Origin: a candidate division WOR-3 bacterium
Lineage (GTDB): Bacteria > Hydrothermota > Tepidihabitantia > Tepidihabitantales > CAIPLT01
DNA length: 55,774 bases
Assembly (NCBI GenBank): GCA_965649215.1
Contig: CBFGJZ010000001.1
Span: forward strand, 73,678 to 129,451
Direction: 5' to 3'
Shown: positions 21,646-31,891 of the stretch, in pieces
Position numbering within the stretch: the stretch's first letter is position 1
Layout of the letters: the number at the start of each line of letters is the position of its first letter
The notes under the pieces: model-generated
What the model was told of the DNA's origin: nothing
The model's input: the letters and a program-made list of their open reading frames with translations, nothing else
Database searches by the model: none
Made by a program: the position numbers and the translations under genes

Positions 21646-23103
21646 ATGATTGAGCATACAAATAACAAAAATAATCCGGATAAAAGTCAAAACGATAAGA
21701 ATTCCGATAATATAAAGATTACTGATGACTTAATAAAGATTCCTCAAATAAAAAGCCAATTTGTTTCAGTATTGAAAATTCGTAATTTTATGATTTTTGG
21801 AATCTCACAATCTATTTCTTTGTTTGGGGATAAATTGGATTATATGGCATTATTAGCAGTGATTGCGTTTTTTGCAGATAAATTAGGATGGGATAGTAGT
21901 AGTAGTGCCCGAGCAGTTTCTTATCTTTCAGTAGTGACTACTTTGCCGCCTATTTTATTGGGTCCCATCGCAGGTGTTTTAGTAGATCGGTGGAATCGTT
22001 TAAAGGTTTTGTTATTCTGTGATCTAATGCGAGCGCTACTGGTTTTGTTCATTCCCTTTTTGGTGATTAAAACCTATAATTTAATGGGCTTTTTCTTTCT
22101 TACATTTATAATATTTTTATTTGGTTTGTTTTATAATACAGCTCGTTTATCAATTATTCCTAATTTAGTTTCTCGAAAAAGATTATTAGCAGCAAATTCA
22201 TTTATGAATGTAGTTGGTCGGATTGCAACCTTTCTGGGAATGTTTTTTGGTGGAATTATTGTTGATTGGCATATTTGGAAACGCCTTGGTTTTCAATATA
22301 GTTGGAGTGCTGGATTTTACATAGATGCTTTAACATATTTAGTTTCAGTGAGTGGATTAATTTTTATTGCTACGCGTACCCAGATATTTAAAGTCAATAA
22401 ACCATCGATAAATATGCACTCAAAATCCACAGTCTTGGCAGTTGCTCAAGATCAAGAGAAAAAAATGTTTTCAGAATTAAAATTTGCTTTTAATTATATT
22501 ATAAAAACACCTTTAGTTCGTTTTGTATTTATTAGCATCTTTATAATGGTGTTAATAGGGGCATGTGCTTTTGTGCTTTTAGTGCCAATGATTCAAAGTC
22601 CAGTGGAAAAGATGGGATTTGGTTTAGGAACAAAAGGGGTTGGTTTTGTAGCAGCGATTGGTGCGATTGGTTTAGTTATCAGTTCAATGAGTTATGGTAT
22701 AATTGGACATCGATTTAGCAAAATATATACGATTGTTGGAAGTTTTTGTATTATGGGACTAGTTATTATATTAATACCAATTTTGAATAACTATTGGGCG
22801 TTAATGGTGTTGGCTTTAATAACGGGTTTAGTTTTATCTCCAGTTTTTATTGCGCAAGATACAATTTTGCATGAGATCGTTCCTGAGGAAATTAGAGGTC
22901 GAATTTTTTCCACTCGAGAATGGTTATTAAATAGTTCTTTTGCAGTGGTTGCTTTAATTGTTGGTCAACTTACAAACTTTGTCTTGAAACAACACCTGTT
23001 AATTATTGTCGGTTGTTTTGTGATTGTTATTTCTGGTATATTCATATTTTATATTAACAAACAATTATTAAATAAGAGAAATAAAAATGTTCAAAACAAT
23101 TGA
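21646..23103 (+). CDS. MFS transporter (H+ antiporter/MefA-like)
   Basis: GPIAGVLVDRWNR motif A, VPEEIRGRIFS, about 12 hydrophobic segments. Confidence 0.88.
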   Translation: MIEHTNNKNNPDKSQNDKNSDNIKITDDLIKIPQIKSQFVSVLKIRNFMIFGISQSISLFGDKLDYMALLAVIAFFADKLGWDSSSSARAVSYLSVVTTLPPILLGPIAGVLVDRWNRLKVLLFCDLMRALLVLFIPFLVIKTYNLMGFFFLTFIIFLFGLFYNTARLSIIPNLVSRKRLLAANSFMNVVGRIATFLGMFFGGIIVDWHIWKRLGFQYSWSAGFYIDALTYLVSVSGLIFIATRTQIFKVNKPSINMHSKSTVLAVAQDQEKKMFSELKFAFNYIIKTPLVRFVFISIFIMVLIGACAFVLLVPMIQSPVEKMGFGLGTKGVGFVAAIGAIGLVISSMSYGIIGHRFSKIYTIVGSFCIMGLVIILIPILNNYWALMVLALITGLVLSPVFIAQDTILHEIVPEEIRGRIFSTREWLLNSSFAVVALIVGQLTNFVLKQHLLIIVGCFVIVISGIFIFYINKQLLNKRNKNVQNN

Positions 23104-23485
23104 AATCAAATCTCATAAAAGAACCGAACTTATCGATATAACTCGTCAAGTATCAGATTGTCTTTTAAACTGTGAATTTAAAAGTGGTTATCTTTTGTTA
23201 TTTGTGCCGCATACAACAGCAGGAATTACAATAAATGAGTCATATGATCCAAGTGTTTGCGAAGATATTACGAATTTTCTGAGTCATTTAGTACCAGCTA
23301 ATTTTAAATATAAACATCAAGAAGGAAATGCAGATGCACATATCAAGGCAACTTTAGTTGGGCAATCACAGATAATATTTTTTAAGGAAAATCAATTATT
23401 ATTGGGAACATGGCAGGGTGTTTTTTTCTGTGAATTTGATGGACCCCGTCATCGAAAAGTATTTGTTAAAGTAATAAAGGAGTAA
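23087..23485 (+). CDS. yjbQ: YjbQ/UPF0047 family protein
   Basis: PHTTAGITINE, HQEGNADAHIK, LGTWQGVFFCEFDGPR. Confidence 0.92.
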   Translation: MFKTIEIKSHKRTELIDITRQVSDCLLNCEFKSGYLLLFVPHTTAGITINESYDPSVCEDITNFLSHLVPANFKYKHQEGNADAHIKATLVGQSQIIFFKENQLLLGTWQGVFFCEFDGPRHRKVFVKVIKE

Positions 23486-23510
23486 TTAATCAAAAAGTAT
23501 TTTTTGCGCG

Positions 23511-24437
23511 TTAAATTTCTAACAATTTACTTTGCCAATATTTGGGAATGATCATTTTCTCGGCAAGAATAAATCCTTTGATTTTCAATTCACGGAAGCT
23601 ATCGAGATACGCCTTTTTAATAAGATAGTCATTAAATCCCCAAAAATCAGTTTCAATTTGAAAAAAATAATGTTGTTTTACATCAGGTCGTCTAATATCA
23701 GTCTGATTGATAATTAATTGAAAATCTGATGTCTTTAATTCTTCCATAATAATATTAATATTTTCCGTAGTTTCAACAATAAAATGGCAGTGAGCATAAT
23801 TTTCAATTTGCGAATATTGAATTTCAGGAATCGTGTAGATAACCCCATCTGGATTGCGAGGTGTCCAAATTAGACGCTCGCATTTTGTTTTAATCCAATC
23901 AACATTTTTCTGACAAATTTCACTTAACTTAACAAAATCAGCAGTTGGATTTTTATAGATATATTTTAATAGTTGCTTTTCTTCAGGACTGAATATTCGG
24001 GGCATCGGATATGAATATTCGTTGATACAATAAGCAACTATATTAGTGATTTCCTCAATTTCTTTGATGAATTGTAATTGTTGATTAAAATTTTTAGAAT
24101 AAAACATAAACGAAAGATTATGACCTAATTCCAAGGGTAGATTTGAATTTAACCAGATTTCGGTCATAAATGGGATTTTTTGTTGGATTATTTCTAAAGT
24201 ATGGTTTCGGTTTTTTGTGTTAACTAAAACACATCCCCAAGTCCACGCTCCACCTAAGAAAGGTGGTACAAAAATTGTTGCTCGAAACTCAGTGATTACA
24301 TTGTTGTCTTTTAATTTTTCTAATCGAGCTTGTATTTGTTTATGTTCGATTGATAGTTCTGCTGATAATGAATTTAGACAATAACCATTTTTTTCAAGAT
24401 ATCTTAAAATTAATAAATCAATTTTGTCAATTATCAT
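23511..24437 (-). CDS. Lrp/AsnC-like protein with two wHTH-type repeats
   Basis: IDKIDLLILRYL...IQARLEKLKDNNVI N-terminal HTH; second similar segment at EEKQLLKYIYKNP. Confidence 0.55.
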   Translation of the reverse strand: MIIDKIDLLILRYLEKNGYCLNSLSAELSIEHKQIQARLEKLKDNNVITEFRATIFVPPFLGGAWTWGCVLVNTKNRNHTLEIIQQKIPFMTEIWLNSNLPLELGHNLSFMFYSKNFNQQLQFIKEIEEITNIVAYCINEYSYPMPRIFSPEEKQLLKYIYKNPTADFVKLSEICQKNVDWIKTKCERLIWTPRNPDGVIYTIPEIQYSQIENYAHCHFIVETTENINIIMEELKTSDFQLIINQTDIRRPDVKQHYFFQIETDFWGFNDYLIKKAYLDSFRELKIKGFILAEKMIIPKYWQSKLLEI

Positions 24438-24463
24438 AATTATTATTAAATAAAGTTTTCATT

Positions 24464-25801
24464 TTAATATGCTCCTCTTTGAGAAATAACAGTCGGGATG
24501 GTTTTGCAGAGTAATTTTATATCTTTTAATAGGGACCAATTCAAGACATATTCAGTATCTAAGATAACTCTTTTTTCATATGTGGTTTCGGTACGACCTG
24601 ATGTTTGCCATAAACCTGAGATGCCAGGCAAAACACGAAATAATGCTAAAGAGTATTTTTGGTAATATGTGATTTCTTCTTCGACAATAGGTCTTGGTCC
24701 AATTAAGCTCATTGTGCCATTTATGACGTTAAAGATTTGGGGGAGTTCGTCAATACTAAACTTGCGTAAGATCTTGCCTATTTTAGTAATGCGCGGGTCG
24801 TTTTTTAATTTATAGCTTCTTTCATATTCTTTTTTTAATTCAAGATTGTTATCTAATATTTGTTTAAGTTTTTGTTCAGCATCTTGATACATAGTGCGAA
24901 ATTTTAAGAGATTAAATGGTATCATATTACGACCTAATCTTCGATGTCTATAAAAGACTGGCCCAGGACTATCTAGTTTGATACAAATTACAATCGCAAT
25001 AAATAACGGTGCAATAAGGAGCAATGTTAGTAATGATATCGTGTAGTCAATAAGTCTTTTCAGGCGGTATTGGATTGTACGATGTGGGTACTTACTTATT
25101 AAAATTGTATGCCGGCCAGTAAAATATGTCAATAGACTTGTAGAACGAAGAGCGATAAAATCAGCAAAGTATTTTTCGCTCAATAGGTTGAGATTATGTG
25201 CCAGAGGTTCTGATAATGAGTTTGAGGTATCAACAAGAACTAAATAATGATTATTAATTTTTCCATTTTCGTTACTATTACTTTTCAACCAGTTTAAAAA
25301 CTGATTTGGCTCAACAGTGGTTATAGGTTGATACCCATAAAGTTTTAATTTTTGAGATTTTTGTAAATCGGATGATATAAATAATACTGAAATGGGAAAG
25401 ATTAAACGGGATAATAATCCTAAAACAGGTGCGATGATATTAAAATAAAACCACACGATTAACCAAAAAACAATGTTGGAGCTATTGCTAAAATATTCTA
25501 ACGGTGTTATTTTTTTATTTACCCAGCTGACAATTAAAATCAGCAACAGTAAAAGAAGATAAAATATTTGCGTTCGCAGGGTAAATCCAAAATAGGTGCT
25601 CGTCGTAGGTGTGAATTCTCCTAAAAGGTATGCTAATATTATGGTTAATATAAAAAGATATATAAACTTCAAGAAAATTGTAAGATAGTTTTGATCGGTC
25701 TTTGCAAAATAATAATAAATAAACGAAATTATCAAGTAAAAACAAAAAAGCAGTGTTAATTCTAATAATGTACGATATTTGGCTTTTTGAGTATTAGTCA
25801 T
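24464..25801 (-). CDS. Undecaprenyl-phosphate sugar phosphotransferase (WbaP/WcaJ family)
   Basis: LKRLID, KFRTM, NDPRITKIG, SIDELPQIFNV, SLIGPRP, PGISGLWQ; N-terminal TM segments. Confidence 0.92.
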   Translation of the reverse strand: MTNTQKAKYRTLLELTLLFCFYLIISFIYYYFAKTDQNYLTIFLKFIYLFILTIILAYLLGEFTPTTSTYFGFTLRTQIFYLLLLLLILIVSWVNKKITPLEYFSNSSNIVFWLIVWFYFNIIAPVLGLLSRLIFPISVLFISSDLQKSQKLKLYGYQPITTVEPNQFLNWLKSNSNENGKINNHYLVLVDTSNSLSEPLAHNLNLLSEKYFADFIALRSTSLLTYFTGRHTILISKYPHRTIQYRLKRLIDYTISLLTLLLIAPLFIAIVICIKLDSPGPVFYRHRRLGRNMIPFNLLKFRTMYQDAEQKLKQILDNNLELKKEYERSYKLKNDPRITKIGKILRKFSIDELPQIFNVINGTMSLIGPRPIVEEEITYYQKYSLALFRVLPGISGLWQTSGRTETTYEKRVILDTEYVLNWSLLKDIKLLCKTIPTVISQRGAY

Positions 25802-25914
25802 TATTAGCTGCTTAATTCATTGTCAAGATGTAAGATATTACTTTACGCTGTCCTCTCTGCACATTTTTATTATTACATTCTTAACCACTGTAAAAGTAGA
25901 TTTAGTACTATTGT

Positions 25915-26823
25915 TTATTTCTGTAGTTCTTTTTGTAACAATAGTTTCCATTCCAGATCCACCGATTTTTGGATTTCTTCAATATCTTTCTCTTTGAGAT
26001 GGGCAAATCGTCCCTGGAGTTTTAAATATTGAAATACTTCGACTTTTTGCTGGGGTTTAATGTTGATTTTATAATTAATGCCATTTTCACATTCATAAAT
26101 CGGGAAAATATTGGTTTGAACAGCTAATCGGCAAATTTTTATCATTAATTCAGGTGCCATCTTCCACCCAGTTGGACAAGGTGCATAAATATGAATGAAT
26201 TTAGTTCCTTTAATTTTTTGGGCTTTTTTAAACTTATTGATTAAATCTTCGGGGTATGCTAATGTGGCAGTGGCAACATATGGAATGCGATGGGCAATCA
26301 TAATTTGGGTGATATTCTTTTTAGGTTCAAGTTTTGGAGTCTGTTGTGGAGTTGTGGTAGTCCATGCTCCTTTTGGTGTTGCTGAAGAGCGTTGAATGCC
26401 GGTATTCATATAGGCTTCGTTATCATAACAAGTATAGATGATATCATCATTACGTTCTGCAGCACCTGATAAGGCTTGAATACCAATGTCTACTGTTCCA
26501 CCATCACCAGCCCAAGCCATAACTGTAATATCAGTTTTGCCTTGGATTTCAAGCCCAGCCTTTACACCAGCTGCAGTAATAGCAGCAGTTTCAAAAGCAG
26601 TATGCAAAACAGGAACATGTAGAGAATGCATTGGGAATGGACCATCAATAATTGTCCAACAACAAGCAGGTAGAATAACAATGGTTTTTTTACCAAGTGC
26701 TTTAAGTGCTAATCGCATGGCTAAAGCACCACCACAACCAGGACAAGCAACATGCCCTGGATACATATATTCATCAGGAATTATGTCAAAGTTTATATTT
26801 GTTTTATCAAGAGTTAATTTCAT
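25915..26823 (-). CDS. porB: 2-oxoacid:ferredoxin oxidoreductase beta subunit
   Basis: ACPGCG, GDGGT..IG TPP motif, DNEAYMNTGIQRS, PCPTGW. ATG 26823 behind AAGGAG. Confidence 0.9.
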   Translation of the reverse strand: MKLTLDKTNINFDIIPDEYMYPGHVACPGCGGALAMRLALKALGKKTIVILPACCWTIIDGPFPMHSLHVPVLHTAFETAAITAAGVKAGLEIQGKTDITVMAWAGDGGTVDIGIQALSGAAERNDDIIYTCYDNEAYMNTGIQRSSATPKGAWTTTTPQQTPKLEPKKNITQIMIAHRIPYVATATLAYPEDLINKFKKAQKIKGTKFIHIYAPCPTGWKMAPELMIKICRLAVQTNIFPIYECENGINYKINIKPQQKVEVFQYLKLQGRFAHLKEKDIEEIQKSVDLEWKLLLQKELQK

Positions 26824-27974
26824 AATCTTACTCCTTGCCATATAATTGGTTCGGTTGGCATTTCCGTTTTGAAAGTATAATCGATAATGTCTTCGATAGC
26901 TTGGGGAGTGACATCGCGACCACCTAAACCGATGATATAATTATAAATTGGCGGCGCACCAGCAAGACCATAAAGAGTAGATTTGATTTCTTGAGCGAAG
27001 ATACCGCTATGTCCAAAAGAAATATTACGGTCAATAACCGCAATTTTTTGTGCTTTATAGAGAATTTCTCTTAATTGCTCAACTGGTGTGGGACGGAATA
27101 ATTTTTGTTTTATGAGACCAACTTTACGACCTTGTTCTCTAAGTTTGTCGATGACCACACGAGCAGTACCGGTAATTGTTCCTGAAGTAACTAAAATTAC
27201 TTTAGCATCATCACAGCGATAAGCTTCGACAACTCCATATTTACGACCAAATATTTCAAAATATTCTTGATCGATTTGATTAATAACCGAGAGAGCTTCT
27301 TGGTGAGCTTTTTGAATTTTATAGCGTATTTCGAAATAATGATCTGGAGAAGTTAAACCGCCATAAGCATTTGGTTTATTAACATCAAGTTTAGTATTCA
27401 ATTCAAATGGGGGAAGAAATTTATCAACAAGGGTTTGATCAGGAATATCAACTTGTTCTGAAGTATGAGATAGAACGAAAGCATCTAGAATAATCATTAC
27501 CGGTAATAGTAATTTTTCTGCAATTTTAAAGGCCTGGATTGTTGTGTCTAATACTTCTTGGTTAGATTCACAGTAGAGTTGAATCCAACCCGTATCGCGC
27601 TGCGACAATGAATCATTTTGATCAGTCCAAACCGACCAACCGGGGCCCATCGCTCGATTGATGTTAGCCATTACAACGGGCATACGAGCTCCGACTGCCC
27701 AATGTAACATCTCATGCATTAGAGCAAGACCATGGGCCGAGGTTGCAGTAAAAGTTCGAGCACCGGTTGCAGCTGCTGAAATACAAGCTGTCATTGCTGA
27801 ATGCTCAGATTCCACTTTAATGAACTTTGCTTTAAGTTTACCTGAAGCACAAAACTCAGATAACAATTCTACAACTTGAGTTTGTGGAGTTATTGGATAA
27901 GCAGCGATGACTTGGGTGCGGGCAAGTAATGCACCGTAACTAACTGCATGATTTCCTGTAACGACCTTTTTCAT
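26820..27974 (-). CDS. porA: 2-oxoacid:ferredoxin oxidoreductase alpha subunit
   Basis: AAYPITPQT, VESEHSA, GLGGRD. Confidence 0.92.
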   Translation of the reverse strand: MKKVVTGNHAVSYGALLARTQVIAAYPITPQTQVVELLSEFCASGKLKAKFIKVESEHSAMTACISAAATGARTFTATSAHGLALMHEMLHWAVGARMPVVMANINRAMGPGWSVWTDQNDSLSQRDTGWIQLYCESNQEVLDTTIQAFKIAEKLLLPVMIILDAFVLSHTSEQVDIPDQTLVDKFLPPFELNTKLDVNKPNAYGGLTSPDHYFEIRYKIQKAHQEALSVINQIDQEYFEIFGRKYGVVEAYRCDDAKVILVTSGTITGTARVVIDKLREQGRKVGLIKQKLFRPTPVEQLREILYKAQKIAVIDRNISFGHSGIFAQEIKSTLYGLAGAPPIYNYIIGLGGRDVTPQAIEDIIDYTFKTEMPTEPIIWQGVRL

Positions 27975-29668
27975 TATTCCTCCATCTTTGATTCTTCAAT
28001 CATAGTTATCGCAGAACGCGGACATTCGTGAGCACAGACACCGCATCCTTTGCAAAAATCATAATCAAATGCATATTCATCATTTTCTTTTAGAACCGAT
28101 AGATCAGGACAGAAGACAAAACAGTTATCACATTTATTACAAACACCACAGGAAAAACAACGCGATGCTTCTTTAATAGCCATTACTTGATTATAACCAA
28201 GGTGCACTTCTTTAAAATTTGTTTTGCGGGTTGCGATTGGTAATTCAGGCACATCTGTTTTATTAAGATGTTCGAAATAGTCGAGGTTAAGGTCAGAAAA
28301 TTTAACAGGATTATCTGATTTATGAGTAATTTTTTCAATTTTACCAATTATTGTGAAAGCTACTCTTTTACCAGCACCAAAGGCTTCAACAACGGTACGA
28401 GGACCGGTTACACAGTCACCAATTGCAAAAAGATTATTGATATTAGTTTTGCCGACGAAATCTGCTTTAATACCCCAATCGTTTTTATCAAGGTAATCAG
28501 GAACAATGGAGAGATCGACTTGTTCTCCGATTGCAGTTATTATAGTATCGAGTTTCATCTTAAAATTAGAATTTGCTATAGGAACTGGTTTACGACGACC
28601 CGATGCATCCGGTGGTCCAAGTTTCATCCTAATTAGTTCTAACGCAGTGATCTTACCTTTTTTATTAACATGGACTTTATGGGGTGCAACTAAAAACTCT
28701 ATTTTAATACCTTCATTTTCACAGGCATTGATTTCATCAGGTACTGCGGGCATTTCATTACGCGTTCGACGATAAAGGATAATTGGTTTACGTCCTAATC
28801 TTAGACAACTACGAGCAGCATCAATCGCAGTATTCCCACCACCAATAATTGCAACTTTTTTACCTATGTTGGGTTTTTTACCACTATTAATTTGATGTAG
28901 GAATTCAAGTCCTGAGATGATTCCTTGAGCATTATCATTTGGTACTCCTAAAGGGCGATTTTTATGAGCACCATAACAGACGATAACATAGTTATAAGTT
29001 TTGGTTAGTTCATCAATTGATATTTCTTTGCCTACCGTGCATTTAGTTTTAGTTTTAACGCCTAATTTAGTTAATTTTTGTAATTCTTGATCCAGCACTT
29101 TTTTAGGCAAACGATAAGATGGAATACCATATCTGAGCATGCCACCTAATTTTGCTTGTTTTTCAAAGATAGTAACTTGATAACCAGCTTGGGCAAGATA
29201 GTAACTTGCTGACATTGCAGCAGGACCGCCCCCAACAATGGCAACAGTTTGTTCTTTATTTGCTTGGCGTTTTGCAAAAGGTACATTTTTTAATCCCCAG
29301 TCACCGATAAATTTTTCGATCGCATGGATTAAGATCGCGTCATCAAAGTCTTTACGATTACACTTGTTTTCACAAGGGTGATAACAAACTCGACCAGTAA
29401 TTGAAGGAAAAGGATTGTCTTCTAAAATTATTTTATAAGCATCGGCAATTTTATGGTGTTTTAATAAATCACAATAAGCTTGAATCTTTTCATTGGTTGG
29501 ACATTCGTTATTGCAGGGGGGAATTTTATTTTGATAGATGGGTCGGAAAATACGCCAAGTGCCTGTTTGATTAAGTAAAGTGGATGTTGAAGAAATTGCC
29601 CAATGCGGGTAATCTGATTCTTTTTCTAATTTTGGTTGAATTGTTTTATATTTCTCTAACCATTTCAT
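27974..29668 (-). CDS. PorD-like delta subunit fused with a GltD/NfnB-type FAD/NAD(P) Fe-S oxidoreductase
   Basis: N-terminal TGTWRIFRP; PCNNECP and GRVCYHPCENKC; GGGPA and GGGNTAID; C-terminal CNKCDNCFVFCP and YDFCKGCGVCAHECP. Confidence 0.85.
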   Translation of the reverse strand: MKWLEKYKTIQPKLEKESDYPHWAISSTSTLLNQTGTWRIFRPIYQNKIPPCNNECPTNEKIQAYCDLLKHHKIADAYKIILEDNPFPSITGRVCYHPCENKCNRKDFDDAILIHAIEKFIGDWGLKNVPFAKRQANKEQTVAIVGGGPAAMSASYYLAQAGYQVTIFEKQAKLGGMLRYGIPSYRLPKKVLDQELQKLTKLGVKTKTKCTVGKEISIDELTKTYNYVIVCYGAHKNRPLGVPNDNAQGIISGLEFLHQINSGKKPNIGKKVAIIGGGNTAIDAARSCLRLGRKPIILYRRTRNEMPAVPDEINACENEGIKIEFLVAPHKVHVNKKGKITALELIRMKLGPPDASGRRKPVPIANSNFKMKLDTIITAIGEQVDLSIVPDYLDKNDWGIKADFVGKTNINNLFAIGDCVTGPRTVVEAFGAGKRVAFTIIGKIEKITHKSDNPVKFSDLNLDYFEHLNKTDVPELPIATRKTNFKEVHLGYNQVMAIKEASRCFSCGVCNKCDNCFVFCPDLSVLKENDEYAFDYDFCKGCGVCAHECPRSAITMIEESKMEE

Positions 29669-30194
29669 ATGCTTCCTTTGTGGCTTGAATATTTTCTTGA
29701 ATTTTTACTGGTACATAGTCTTTAATACCATCAATAATACGGTCTAGCGTTGTTAGTTTTGAGATTTTGACAAAAGCACCTAAAATTGCGGTGTTAACAA
29801 TCGGTGCGGTTTTGGCGCCTAACCGATATTTTATAGCAATACCTGTGGCATCGACAATTGCTAATCGGTATTTATTAAATTTTGGTTCGGTTGGCGGTTT
29901 TGATGAGTTAATTAAAATCCAACCGCCGTCTTTTAGACCTTGGATGATGTTGACAGTTTTAATTAAAACCGGGTCTAAGACAATGATGTGGTCAGGGTTA
30001 TAGACTTTGCATCGCAATAATATTGGTTGATTATCAAACCTTAAAAATGCCTGAACTGGAGCGCCTCGACGTTCAACTCCAAATTCAGGAAAGGTTTGCA
30101 CATATTTACCTTCAGCAAATAGGGCAGATGCTAATATCTCAGATGCAATGACCGCACCTTGACCACCCCGTCCATGAAATCGTATTTCAGTCAT
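29646..30194 (-). CDS. porC: 2-oxoacid:ferredoxin oxidoreductase gamma subunit
   Basis: EIRFHGRGGQG, FGVERRGAPV, NTAILGA. Confidence 0.93.
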   Translation of the reverse strand: MTEIRFHGRGGQGAVIASEILASALFAEGKYVQTFPEFGVERRGAPVQAFLRFDNQPILLRCKVYNPDHIIVLDPVLIKTVNIIQGLKDGGWILINSSKPPTEPKFNKYRLAIVDATGIAIKYRLGAKTAPIVNTAILGAFVKISKLTTLDRIIDGIKDYVPVKIQENIQATKEAYEMVREI

Positions 30195-30206
30195 AATGTT
30201 TTTATT

Positions 30207-31187
30207 TTACCATTTTAAAATCATTGCTGCCCAGGTAAAACCAGCCCCAAAAGCAGCAAAGAGTATTTTATTATTATCTTTTATTTTTCCTTCACTATAA
30301 GCATCATATAATGCAACCGGAATCGTCGCTGCTGACATGTTACCATATTTTTGTATTACCATATAAGTTTTTTCAGGGGGGATTTGAGCGCGTTTAATTG
30401 TGGCATCGATAATTCGTACATTAGCTTGATGAGGGATGAACAGATCAATATCATCTGCGGTTAAATTGGCGTCTTGTAAGGCAGTGAGAGTGGCATTTTC
30501 CATCTCGCGTACTGCGTTTTTAAATACTTCATTTCCTGCCATATGCACGGTATGTAATTTTTTATTGACCGTTTCAACACTGGCAGGCATACGGGTGCCA
30601 CCAGCAGGTTGATATAACAATTCTGCTAAGTTACCATCGGCACCCCAATTAGAAGTTATAATCCCGTGATCTTCTTTGGTCGGTACGACAATACATGCGC
30701 CGGCACCATCACCAAATAGGACACAAGTAGCGCGGTCTTGCCAATTGACCACTTTAGACATTACTTCAGCACCAACAACCAGTGCTTTCTTAGATTTGCC
30801 ACTGTCAATGAGATGCGCGGCGATTTCCAACGCATAGAGAAATCCACAACAACCAGCACTGACATCAAACGCAACGGCACCTGAGACACCAAGTCCTTTT
30901 TGAACCCAACAGGCAGTTGAAGGATAGACCGTATCAGGGGTTGAAGTGCCGACGATAATTGTGTCAAGTTCAGATGCTTTTAAGTTGGCATGTTGCAAGG
31001 CTTGTTTAGTGGCTTGGATAATTAAATCAGACGTAGCGGTCTTCTCATCGGCAATTCGTCGTTCTTTAATACCAGTGCGTTCAGTGATCCATTCATCAGA
31101 AGTATCAACCATCTTTTCTAAATCGAAATTGGTCAGGATTTTTTCTGGTAATCCGACGCCTAAACCAACAATTTTTAACTTTTTCAC
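30207..31187 (-). CDS. fabH: Beta-ketoacyl-ACP synthase III
   Basis: DTSDEWITERTGI, AGCCGF, FGDGAGA, PHQAN, GNMSAA, FGAGFTW. Confidence 0.95.
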   Translation of the reverse strand: MKKLKIVGLGVGLPEKILTNFDLEKMVDTSDEWITERTGIKERRIADEKTATSDLIIQATKQALQHANLKASELDTIIVGTSTPDTVYPSTACWVQKGLGVSGAVAFDVSAGCCGFLYALEIAAHLIDSGKSKKALVVGAEVMSKVVNWQDRATCVLFGDGAGACIVVPTKEDHGIITSNWGADGNLAELLYQPAGGTRMPASVETVNKKLHTVHMAGNEVFKNAVREMENATLTALQDANLTADDIDLFIPHQANVRIIDATIKRAQIPPEKTYMVIQKYGNMSAATIPVALYDAYSEGKIKDNNKILFAAFGAGFTWAAMILKW

Positions 31188-31195
31188 GGTTAAAT

Positions 31196-31224
31196 ACTAT
31201 AACTAAGATTTAGAAGTTAGTCAA
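31196..31224 (-). promoter_or_regulatory. sigma70-type promoter for fabH-por (near-leaderless)
   Basis: TTGACT-17bp-TATAGT, 8 nt before the GTG. Confidence 0.65.
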
Positions 31225-31233
31225 GGATATGAA

Positions 31234-31827
31234 TCACAACTTCTTTAAGAGAAGAGAACAGGTTTCAACGATTGGTTGGTTAAATTTTAGAATGGAGTCA
31301 AGGTTAGTTATGATTGGTTTTAAATTAAGTGTTAGATTATTCTTGGACAGTTGTTCCAGTTCATTACGGTAGCTTTTTAATTTATTAAAGGAATTTAAAA
31401 GTTGTTGCGTTTGAGTTTTAGTACTATTTAATATTTTAGCAACGGTATCTTTATTAGTCAGTTGGGGTTGGATTGGTTTTGTGACTGCAATTGTAAAAGT
31501 AGTTTTGCTTTCTTTAATATGACAAAGACGGGATACTTCAATAATGACTTCGGGAGTATTATTGATTTTTATTGCGATGGATTTTTCGTATTCAATAATG
31601 CTTTTCTTCTGCCAAGGTTCTTGGTTGATTACTGAAGCGTTGGTTATATTTATTTTAGTACTATCAAGGCTTAAAGGACAATTTAGATGTTGGTTTTTAA
31701 CATTGATAGTTAATTTAATAGTGTCGCCAATAACGGCAGAATTTTTGTTAGCAGTAATAGTAATATTACAAGCGTATCCTAATGAATAAACGATTAGTGA
31801 TAATAATATAATTTTAATATGTTTCAT
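31234..31827 (-). CDS. Hypothetical exported protein
   Basis: Signal-peptide-like MKHIKIILLSLIVYSLGYA; ATG 31827 behind GGAG; beta-rich N-domain with HLNC and a helical tail. Confidence 0.65.
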   Translation of the reverse strand: MKHIKIILLSLIVYSLGYACNITITANKNSAVIGDTIKLTINVKNQHLNCPLSLDSTKINITNASVINQEPWQKKSIIEYEKSIAIKINNTPEVIIEVSRLCHIKESKTTFTIAVTKPIQPQLTNKDTVAKILNSTKTQTQQLLNSFNKLKSYRNELEQLSKNNLTLNLKPIITNLDSILKFNQPIVETCSLLLKKL

Positions 31828-31891
31828 TTTTAACTCCAAACATACAATTTATAGTTTTAGACTTGTAGTATTGATAAAAAGTTGCTTTAAT

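Noticed and set aside
29646-29668. Programmed frameshift fusing porC to the flavoprotein
   Set aside because: porC is full length and the downstream gene has its own AAGGA plus ATG; an ordinary overlap.
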